NCBI RefSeq assembly: GCF_036323395.1
Contig: NZ_AP028907.1
Span: forward strand, 1,560,001 to 1,592,000
Direction of reading: 5' to 3'
Source of the DNA: Pyrodictium abyssi
GTDB taxonomy: Archaea; Thermoproteota; Thermoprotei_A; Sulfolobales; Pyrodictiaceae
DNA length: 32,000 nucleotides
A program made the position numbers and the translations under genes. A model generated the notes under the pieces. It had not been told where the DNA came from and searched no databases. It worked only from the letters and a program-made list of their open reading frames with translations. This document shows positions 25,211 through 32,000 of the stretch, piece by piece; position 1 is the first letter of the stretch, and each line of letters begins with the position of its first letter.

Positions 25211-27181
25211 TCACGTTAGTATTAATGGCTTGGCTCCTTCCTCGAGAACCTCGTTTATAATACTCCTTGGGAATGGTACGGGGCTCGCAGTCAGGTCGAG
25301 TTCTATGTGTTCTCCGCTGACTGTAGTCGGGTTTACTTCGACTATTACCTGGGTTCCAGGCTCTACCTGGCAGAGTACTAGGCTGGGGTTCCTAAGCACT
25401 AGCGTCTCATTGTAGCTTATGGAGTAAGTTGTATAGTATGTGCTGCTCCAGAAGCGAGTCACTAGTGTTTTTGAGTATCCAAAGGTCTTATGGTCGAGTA
25501 GTATGCTCCCTACGGGTCTTGTCGATTTGCAGGGCGTTATCGTCATCGATGCTGGAGTTAGCAGCTCGTCCGCTTTTACCGTCTCCGTATGGCTATGGGC
25601 TATGTAGAGTAGGAACTCTGTACCTAGTGGTAGGTAGCCGCCGAGATAGTAGAGGAACTTGCTGATCCACCGTCCAGCCTTAGCTGCATAGCTGACCTCA
25701 ACTACTGCCACAGCAGCTGTAGCGGTTGGGCCTAGCCGCTTCACGAGACCTGGGCTTAGTCTGAGTGTTAGCACTATAGGGTGGTCTAGGCGTGTAGCTC
25801 GTAGTATGGTGGTTGTGTATAGTGCTTCCTGGGCTCGTGCCTGCCATGTCTGGTCTACACGGCTTGCAAGGCCTCGAGCGACAACTAGTTTGCCCGGGTC
25901 GTAGGCGTTAGGTGGGAGAAGGTGTAGCTTTACCGAGACGTAGGTAGCTGGCAGCGCCATATTCTGGACAACGTCTATCCCGCGGGGACAGTCGAATCCG
26001 CGGCACTGTAGGTGGACTTTAGCTGTGACAGGGTCTCGGGGTAATAGCAGTAATGTTATGGTTTCTTGCTGGGAGTCTCTTGTGATTAGGAAAGGTATGT
26101 ATATGCTTCCTGCTGCGCCTAGGGACTCCCAGCTAGCCCATGTATAGCCGTTGCCGCCTACCCTCCCGGGAACAGTGTAGCCTTCTCTCCAGTCCATGCT
26201 AGAGAATACCGGGACGCATGGGCTATAGATACTTTTGAATACGCATTTATCGTAATCTGTTGCGAGAAGCCCTGCTGCGAGTATCTTAGCTTTCAGCTTG
26301 TAGCCTACCCAGCTAGCAGAGTTAGCTACGTGTATTGCTGCCTCCCGGTGCTCTATTCTAAATAAGCCGCCCGCCAAAGGCTCTAGCACGCGACGGTATA
26401 CATAGAGCTCACTCTCGGCTGGCGGACAGCCGTAGCTGCAGCGTGCGCGCACGTAGCCCGTCTCTCCGTACTCGCGGCTATCGCGGACCGGCCATTCCGT
26501 TATAGTGTAGAGTCTTAGCCTCTCTGGGTCGACGTATGCTCCTGGTAGTGGGCCGTTGGCAGCTGCATAGAAGGGGTTAGCACCAGGTAGAAGAGGACCA
26601 GCAGCCCATACCGGCTGTAGCACCGGACCGTACTGGACGAGTAATACTTCTCTGACAGCTTCCTGCGTGACCTGTTCTGTTACAATTCCTGTAGTGTTGA
26701 GGCTAGTGAGGCATGAGGTGGAGTTCTGTAACAGTTCTTGCCCGTTAACTCGTGCTCCGTTTAGACATGGCTTGCTAGGGTCTAGCTCATACTGGTATAG
26801 CCATACGCCGCCGTTCTTGCCGATTACCACGAGTTCGACGAAGCCGCTACACGGTATATCGACGACAGCAGTGTTGTTGACATCGAAGAATCTAGAGTAT
26901 AGTAGCTTTCTCTCCCCGGCATTGTAGATCTCCACGGCCCAGGGCTTGAATCCGCTAGTTACTGGTTCGACCTTTAGTACAGCCTCTAGCCATCCCGTAG
27001 CATTGCACTGGCCTAGGGGCTCTAGCATCATCCGCGGAGGCACGGAGAACGCAGCAGCTCTTTCTGCTAGATCCCGGACTCCAGCAGCCCACTGTGATGC
27101 TGCTGCGGCGAGCACAGCCAGAGATATAACGGTCATAGAGGCTATAAGAGCGCTGCCTAGTAGGCTACCGTATCCCCTCAA
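25211..27181 (-). CDS. Large exported protein with a type IV pilin-like (class III) signal peptide, Cys- and sequon-rich (656 aa)
   Basis: TTG start; no other start is possible because an in-frame stop lies 21 codons upstream. N-terminus MRG/YGSLLGSALIASMTVISLAVLAAAA has a short basic n-region, a Gly, then a hydrophobic helix. At least five N-x-S/T sequons (NAT, NNT, NST, NTT, NET), many Cys, and no C-terminal TM. Confidence 0.7.
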   Translation of the reverse strand: MRGYGSLLGSALIASMTVISLAVLAAAASQWAAGVRDLAERAAAFSVPPRMMLEPLGQCNATGWLEAVLKVEPVTSGFKPWAVEIYNAGERKLLYSRFFDVNNTAVVDIPCSGFVELVVIGKNGGVWLYQYELDPSKPCLNGARVNGQELLQNSTSCLTSLNTTGIVTEQVTQEAVREVLLVQYGPVLQPVWAAGPLLPGANPFYAAANGPLPGAYVDPERLRLYTITEWPVRDSREYGETGYVRARCSYGCPPAESELYVYRRVLEPLAGGLFRIEHREAAIHVANSASWVGYKLKAKILAAGLLATDYDKCVFKSIYSPCVPVFSSMDWREGYTVPGRVGGNGYTWASWESLGAAGSIYIPFLITRDSQQETITLLLLPRDPVTAKVHLQCRGFDCPRGIDVVQNMALPATYVSVKLHLLPPNAYDPGKLVVARGLASRVDQTWQARAQEALYTTTILRATRLDHPIVLTLRLSPGLVKRLGPTATAAVAVVEVSYAAKAGRWISKFLYYLGGYLPLGTEFLLYIAHSHTETVKADELLTPASMTITPCKSTRPVGSILLDHKTFGYSKTLVTRFWSSTYYTTYSISYNETLVLRNPSLVLCQVEPGTQVIVEVNPTTVSGEHIELDLTASPVPFPRSIINEVLEEGAKPLILT

Positions 27182-27496
27182 CCCTGGCTCCCAAATGGAG
27201 TTACAGCATGCTGTGAGCCCGGCGTGCCCCGGCGCCGAAACTACCTACGTAGCGTGCTCGGCTGGTTGTTTGCGGATATTGGACCAGTGCTAGGCCTGCT
27301 GGTTTCCGGCTCTTTGCCCGTCTTCGGGGGATGAAGATAATAGGCACACTTCTAGGCTGATTACTGACAAGCCAAGCCTACAGCTGGTCTACAAGCAGGT
27401 TTCACACAAACTCCCTCGTAGCTCAAGCGTTGGACACGAGACGGCGCTCAAGCAGCTAACATGCTCTGTGGGCATGCCTCGCGCTGTACCGGGGTG

Positions 27497-28543
27497 CTAG
27501 AGGAGCCCCTTAGTAGCCAGTATGAGTACAACGAGCCCTATAATGGTCTGCATAGCGAGGATAACGGCTACCACTTCAGGCTCGCGGGCTGAGCCCTTTA
27601 GCCGCTTGAGCAGCTTTATCACAGCATGTGTTAGCGTGTATATTCCTTCCAGCGGCGAGTCGAGGGTGCCATCGGGCCTTGGCACACCGAAGTCCTCTAT
27701 CACGCCGGGCTTCCAGACACGGTGCATGTAGCCCCGTAGGTTGAGTAAGGCCTTGATGAAGTACAGTGTGAAGAGAGCTAGGCCGTATTTCTCCATGTTG
27801 CCGAGTATCACGAGGGCAGCGTAGTGTGCGCCGACGCCGTAGGTGAAAGCGTTCCCGGGGAACACCTTTGCGGGGTACCAGTTGTACCGGAGAAAGCCCA
27901 GCAACGCTGCCGCCATTACTAGCGAGGCCTGCAGCACTAGGTCCAGACCCTTTAGATATGCATAGGCTGCTGTGAAGAGCATGAGTAGTAGACCCATTCC
28001 GGCCTCGAGGCCGTTAAACCCAGCTATCATGTTGAATGCGTTGGCAGCGCCCAGCACGCCTAGCGGTACAGCTACTAGCGGATACGCAGCGCCTAGGTCC
28101 ACGGTGCCTAGTAGCGGTAGCGACAACGTAGACTGGCCAGCTTTTATCACTACTAGTGGCAGTGAAACAGGCGCCATGAAGGCTACCCGTTGCCAGCGTG
28201 GTAGGCCCCGCTTCCACCCAAGGATGTCGTCTATGAAGCCTAGGAGGCTAGCAAGGAGGAGCAGCGATACTAGAGCATACAGCTCGGCTGGATAGTACAC
28301 CTCCCCCTCTAGGTAGGTATAGAGAGCCTCGAGGACAAGTAGGCCGAAAGACGCAGCCACTACCGCCCAAATCCCGCCTGCTTCAGCCACCACGACTTTG
28401 CCAGGCTTGTTCATGTCCCGGCCTACTAGGCCCCGTCTCCTGGCTACACGGATCCATGCAGGCTCTATCAGAAGCACCAGGAAGAATGCCACAGCAGCAG
28501 ATGCCAGCGCGTACACGAGCTGGACTCGCTCCAAGGCGTTCAA
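27497..28543 (-). CDS. aglH: UDP-GlcNAc:dolichyl-phosphate GlcNAc-1-phosphate transferase (glycosyltransferase family 4, AglH/MraY-like)
   Basis: Polytopic membrane protein with FIDDILG, AANAFNMIAGFNGLEAG and VFPGNAFTY blocks typical of the MraY/WecA/AglH family. TTG start. Confidence 0.8.
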   Translation of the reverse strand: MNALERVQLVYALASAAVAFFLVLLIEPAWIRVARRRGLVGRDMNKPGKVVVAEAGGIWAVVAASFGLLVLEALYTYLEGEVYYPAELYALVSLLLLASLLGFIDDILGWKRGLPRWQRVAFMAPVSLPLVVIKAGQSTLSLPLLGTVDLGAAYPLVAVPLGVLGAANAFNMIAGFNGLEAGMGLLLMLFTAAYAYLKGLDLVLQASLVMAAALLGFLRYNWYPAKVFPGNAFTYGVGAHYAALVILGNMEKYGLALFTLYFIKALLNLRGYMHRVWKPGVIEDFGVPRPDGTLDSPLEGIYTLTHAVIKLLKRLKGSAREPEVVAVILAMQTIIGLVVLILATKGLL

Positions 28544-28619
28544 GCCCTCGGTATAACGCCCCTAAGCCGCCATGCCGGCCTCGGGCTACATATAGCTTAG
28601 GCCCGGATCCCCGTCACGG

Positions 28620-29600
28620 CTAACGCTCTACTAGGAAACAAGCGACGAAGTGTCCCTTCCCTGCCTCCACTAGCTGGGGCTCCTCACGGCTGCACCTAGG
28701 CTGCGCTAGGGGACAGCGTGGATGCAGCCTACAGCCCGGCGGCGGGTTACTCGGGTCAGGTATGTCACCCTTCAGCTCGATTGCAGGAGTAGTGTGACGC
28801 CTTGACACCCTGGGTATCGCTGCTAGTAGTGCCCGAGTGTAGGGATGTAGAGGCTCGCGTAGCACTTGGTCCGCAGGCCCAAGCTCCACTATTTTACCCA
28901 GGTACATAACGGCTATCCTATCCGCCATGAGCCTGGCCGTAGCCAGATCATGGGTTATGAAAACCATGGCTTGGTTTAGCCGCTCCTTAAACTCCCGAAG
29001 AAGCTCCAGTATAGCAGCACGTACAGACACATCTAGGCTAGACGTAGGCTCGTCTGCGACCACAAGGTCGGGCTCTAGAAGCATGGCACGCGCTATCGCT
29101 GCGCGCTGTAGCTGACCACCACTAAGCTGGTATGGGCGCCGCTGGTAGAACTCCTCGGCAGGAGTAAGGCCGATACGCTCTAGCAGCCGGAGTACACGGT
29201 CTTGCGCCTCATCTCCCTCAGCTAGACCGTGGACCTCCAGGGGCTCTACAAGCTGCTCCCCAATAGAGCGTAGAGGGTTAAAGCTCGCATAGGGATCCTG
29301 AGGGATGAGCTGTAGACGGCGCCTCATAGGGCGTAGCTTCTTCTCCGGGAGCCACGTGATATCGACACCGTCTAAGACTATACGGCCAGCTGTGGGCTTG
29401 TAGAGCCGGAGAATGAGCCTGCCCAGGGTGCTCTTTCCACTACCGCTCTCGCCCACCAGGCTAAGGGTCTCGCCCCGCTCTAGGGTGAAACTCACCCCAT
29501 CTACAGCACGTACCACCCGTCTGCCTAAGAGGCCCCCACGCACGAAGTATTTCCTAAGCCCCTCGACGACCAGTAGCGGCTCTGGCACGGCTCCCGGCAC
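28620..29600 (-). CDS. oppF: Oligopeptide/dipeptide ABC transporter ATP-binding protein, OppF/DppF type
   Basis: Walker A GESGSGKST, signature LSGGQLQR, Walker B VVADEPTSSLD, H-loop ITHD, and C-terminal oligo_HPY block HPYTRALL...PPGCRLHPRCP. Confidence 0.9.
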   Translation of the reverse strand: MPGAVPEPLLVVEGLRKYFVRGGLLGRRVVRAVDGVSFTLERGETLSLVGESGSGKSTLGRLILRLYKPTAGRIVLDGVDITWLPEKKLRPMRRRLQLIPQDPYASFNPLRSIGEQLVEPLEVHGLAEGDEAQDRVLRLLERIGLTPAEEFYQRRPYQLSGGQLQRAAIARAMLLEPDLVVADEPTSSLDVSVRAAILELLREFKERLNQAMVFITHDLATARLMADRIAVMYLGKIVELGPADQVLREPLHPYTRALLAAIPRVSRRHTTPAIELKGDIPDPSNPPPGCRLHPRCPLAQPRCSREEPQLVEAGKGHFVACFLVER

Positions 29601-29643
29601 TCTCCAGCACTACCGCCTCGAGCAGCCAAGAGTCCGAGAGGAG

Positions 29644-30744
29644 CTATAGATGTATAACAGGTGTAGGCCCAAAACGTGGTAGCTCAACCATGCTTCCAGG
29701 CTCAGCATCCGCAGTCAATACGCGTAGTCCGAGCCTCCGCTTCTTCGCTTTAGAGGCGCGTTCTAGCTCCTCTATAAGAGCAGCAGCTAGCTCAACACTC
29801 CACTGGCTTCTAGAGATGACAACCATGTCGAGCCCAGCCACGCATGCGTAGTTATAGTTCAGCAAGTCGTGTAGCCTAACAGCCCCCTCCTGAACGCGCT
29901 CCTTGAGCACATTATCCTCTGCAACAGGCAGCATGACCTGGTTAAACCCGGTACACTTTATGTCGGAGCAAACACCGTATATGAACGACTCTAGCCTGTT
30001 TATGGCAGCTGCTGTTCCGGGGGCCGGCATCGGCTTGCCCGAGAACTTCTCTATGACGCGCGCCACGCTATCCTCCATCCAGGGCGAGAGAGACATGTCG
30101 AACCCCCGAAAGAACAGATCGTGCTTCTCCATCTCCATCCTTATGGCCTCGTAGACCTCGAATGCGGCGTCAACAGCGTAATCCATGGCCTCGTAGTAGC
30201 CGAACTCCTCAAGAAGCCGGGGATAGACAAGAGCTATGGATACCCCGGGAAGGCTCTGCATAGTAGTGGCTAGCGGGAAATAGGGCGTCTCAGGGTAGCC
30301 CCCGAACACCATTGCAACCCTTGAAGCCATCTCCGGCTCGAGTAGCCCAATCTTGTATAGAAGTCGCGGTGTCCGCTGGTCGCCAGGCTCCGTTATAGCC
30401 GATATGGCGGCATAGACGTTGCTACCCAGCCGAAGCACCTCTTTAAGTACATCCACGTCCAGGTTAGCCGAGCTATAATGAAACGCAGCATACAGCACGT
30501 CATCCCGCAGCTTGATAGCCTTAAGAAGCTCTAGTTGCTCCTTAGGCCTCAGAGGCGTTATAGGTAGTACTACCCGTGCCGACATAACCTCGTAGCCAGT
30601 CCTCTCCTCAGCTAGCCTAGCCAGCTCCAACGCAATATCGGAAGCCTCCTCGACGAGCCGGATTATCTCCCGCCGGTCATCCCAGTCCTCCACAGCCACG
30701 TGTACCGCAATAGCACGTACCTTGACCATCTCGGCTAGATCCAT
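29644..30744 (-). CDS. DUF711 (UPF0210)-like protein
   Basis: GFNQVMLPVAEDNVL and ACVAGLDMVVI blocks match my recollection of the UPF0210/DUF711 family (xGFxxxMLPVxED, CGxGLDxxP). At 366 aa it is shorter than bacterial members. Only 43 nt upstream of oppF. Confidence 0.6.
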   Translation of the reverse strand: MDLAEMVKVRAIAVHVAVEDWDDRREIIRLVEEASDIALELARLAEERTGYEVMSARVVLPITPLRPKEQLELLKAIKLRDDVLYAAFHYSSANLDVDVLKEVLRLGSNVYAAISAITEPGDQRTPRLLYKIGLLEPEMASRVAMVFGGYPETPYFPLATTMQSLPGVSIALVYPRLLEEFGYYEAMDYAVDAAFEVYEAIRMEMEKHDLFFRGFDMSLSPWMEDSVARVIEKFSGKPMPAPGTAAAINRLESFIYGVCSDIKCTGFNQVMLPVAEDNVLKERVQEGAVRLHDLLNYNYACVAGLDMVVISRSQWSVELAAALIEELERASKAKKRRLGLRVLTADAEPGSMVELPRFGPTPVIHL

Positions 30745-30817
30745 CGCTGCACGCCTGTGTGTCGGGAGAAGACAGTCGTCGGGCGAAATACCCTACGCGC
30801 CACCCGGCGTATACACA

Positions 30818-30888
30818 GTCGTTGCCAGAGTCGAGGCCCTGGAGGCGGCGCCGGGCTTGCTGCATGTACACGCAGCTCTGGCAACGAT
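30818..30888. repeat. 13-bp inverted repeat enclosing two nested hairpins
   Basis: GTCGTTGCCAGAG (30818-30830) pairs with CTCTGGCAACGAT (30876-30888): 12 Watson-Crick pairs plus one G-T. Inside is the near-palindrome GCTGCATGTACACGCAGC (30859-30876) and a GCCC...GGGC stem (30836-39/30853-56). Confidence 0.6.
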
Positions 30889-30928
30889 ATAACAGTGCAT
30901 AGAGTGTACCTGGTGCTGGGCGTCTGGC

Positions 30929-31144
30929 ATGCAGAATCTGTGCAAGCAGCAAGCGCTCGACGAACTATTCCAGGGCAGCCTGGCAAAGTACTTCCTAAGG
31001 GTGGTCGAGGCTATCTGGGAGCGTGGCCAGGCGGAAGCAGAGGCAATAGCGGCTATGCTGGAGAAGACGGTGTGGCGCCCGGTTCTCGGCTTCTCGAACT
31101 CGGCGCTGGCAACGCGAGAGTGGCCATCCCGCTTGCTAGGCTAG
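30929..31144 (+). CDS. Possible small helical protein (71 aa), convergent with oppD
   Basis: MQNLCKQQALDELFQGSLAKYFLRVVEAIWERGQAEAEAIAAMLEK... ATATAA (30887-30892) lies about 39 nt upstream of the ATG. It is the only protein-like frame in the 395-nt oppD/DUF711 gap. Weak evidence. Confidence 0.25.
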   Translation: MQNLCKQQALDELFQGSLAKYFLRVVEAIWERGQAEAEAIAAMLEKTVWRPVLGFSNSALATREWPSRLLG

Positions 31145-32000
31145 GACGCGTGCAGCCAGCAGGCAACCCTCCGCCCCTGCCCGGGGGAGACTGTGGGCGG
31201 CTCCTCGCTGCGGCACTTCTCCGTGGCTAGGAGGCACCTTGGGGCGAAGCGGCAGCCCGGCGGCGGGCGGCGTAGATCCGGAGGCTGGCCGGGTATCGGG
31301 CGCGGCCACCGCGGGTTATCGATGTCCGGGACGGATTCCAGTAGCGCCCTGGTATAGGGGTGTAGGGGCTCGCGTAGCACCTCCTCAGCGGGGCCCTGCT
31401 CCACTATCTTCCCAGCGTACATTATGGCTATGCTTGTCGCCCTCTCCGCTGCCAATGCTATGTCATGGGTAACAAGGACCACGGCCATGCCGTGGCGGCG
31501 CCGCAGCTCGTCGAGCAGATCCATTATCTGCTTCTGCACTATCACGTCGAGCGCCGTCGTGGGCTCATCTGCTACGAGCACTTTGGGCTCGAGCGCTATA
31601 GCAGCAGCTATCGAGACGCGCTGCCTCTGCCCGCCGCTAAGCTGGTGCGGGTAAGCCCGCGCTGCCTCACGGGGGAGCCCCACAGACTCGAGGAGCTGGG
31701 GGACCCGGCCCCGCGCCTCCTCCTTGGGCACGCCGTGCTCCAGCAGTACTTCGAGCAGCTGGTCGCCTATCCTACGCACTGGGTCGAGCGTCGTAAACGG
31801 GTCCTGGAACACGATCGAGACCAGCTCTCCACGGGCTCTACGCAGCTCGTCGCCCTCTAGCCTCGTGATGTCCACGCCGTCTACGAGTATTCGGCCAGCT
31901 ACTATCCTGCCAGGCGGCGGGACTAGGCGGAGGAGCGAGAACCCCAGAGTGCTCTTTCCGCTACCACTCTCCCCCACGACGGCTACTAGCTCTCCCCGGT
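31141..32000 (-). CDS. oppD: Oligopeptide/dipeptide ABC transporter ATP-binding protein, OppD/DppD type; the 5' end lies beyond the right window edge
   Basis: The frame stays open upstream of the track start (…RGELVAVVGESGSGKST). Signature LSGGQRQR, Walker B LVADEPTTALD, VTHD, and C-terminal HPYTRALL...PPGCRFAPRC. Confidence 0.9.
   Translation of the reverse strand, partial: RGELVAVVGESGSGKSTLGFSLLRLVPPPGRIVAGRILVDGVDITRLEGDELRRARGELVSIVFQDPFTTLDPVRRIGDQLLEVLLEHGVPKEEARGRVPQLLESVGLPREAARAYPHQLSGGQRQRVSIAAAIALEPKVLVADEPTTALDVIVQKQIMDLLDELRRRHGMAVVLVTHDIALAAERATSIAIMYAGKIVEQGPAEEVLREPLHPYTRALLESVPDIDNPRWPRPIPGQPPDLRRPPPGCRFAPRCLLATEKCRSEEPPTVSPGQGRRVACWLHAS

Noticed and set aside
30677-31230. 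ORFs 30677..30952(-), 30735..30986(-) and 30757..31230(+) in the oppD/DUF711 gap, plus a possible stop-codon readthrough extension of oppD
   Set aside because: All three give Arg/Gly/Pro/Cys-rich non-protein-like sequences. The frame following the oppD TAG is open for about 130 codons but is equally low-complexity. I looked for an ACT-domain partner of DUF711 in all minus frames and found none.
1-32000. CRISPR arrays, IS elements, integrases, toxin-antitoxin or known defence genes
   Set aside because: No regularly spaced direct repeats were found. No DDE or serine/tyrosine recombinase motifs appear in any ORF. The RHH-like proteins are too long and have no adjacent toxin-sized partner. The many internal antisense ORFs in the track (for example 1532..1825, 5802..6179, 6540..6953, 14207..14518, 25429..25665, 27972..28295, 31465..31860) are shadows of the real genes.

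Overview
Densely packed chromosomal segment of a hyperthermophile-type crenarchaeon. This assignment is an inference from gene content (RadA, Alba, Ard1-type acetyltransferase, two-subunit 2-oxoacid:ferredoxin oxidoreductase, archaeal-type ThrRS) and ATA/CTA/AGG-rich codon use; it looks Desulfurococcales/Pyrodictiaceae-like. I support about 33 protein genes. The supplied ORF track misses or truncates the two genes that run off the window edges: thrS on the left and oppD on the right. The left two thirds is mostly housekeeping: thrS, radA, an A24 prepilin-type peptidase, a HIT protein, an Lhr-like helicase, alba, an MgtC/DUF4010 membrane protein, a PduO-type adenosyltransferase, OFOR alpha/beta and ard1. 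The right third is more accessory. (1) 18021-22310 is a tightly coupled cassette: DUF4212 small membrane protein, Na+/solute symporter, cNMP/CBS/DUF294 nucleotidyltransferase and DEDDh exonuclease. The exonuclease catalytic Exo I motif lies upstream of the first in-frame start, and the coupled ATG is out of frame. (2) 20049-23772 shows a marked switch to T-ending codons. (3) 23753-24969 holds two tandem paralogous ribbon-helix-helix-like proteins, next to a 656-aa sequon-rich protein with a type IV pilin-like N-terminus and an AglH-type glycosyltransferase. (4) A DUF711 gene and a structured spacer sit between oppD and oppF. Two ORF-free, GC-rich, hairpin-rich spacers (about 8610-8950 and 22391-22545) carry K-turn (C/D-box-like) motifs with identical spacing and are candidate ncRNA loci. 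I recognised no rRNA, tRNA, CRISPR array, transposase or integrase. All family assignments come from motifs read by eye and recalled family signatures; no database search was possible.
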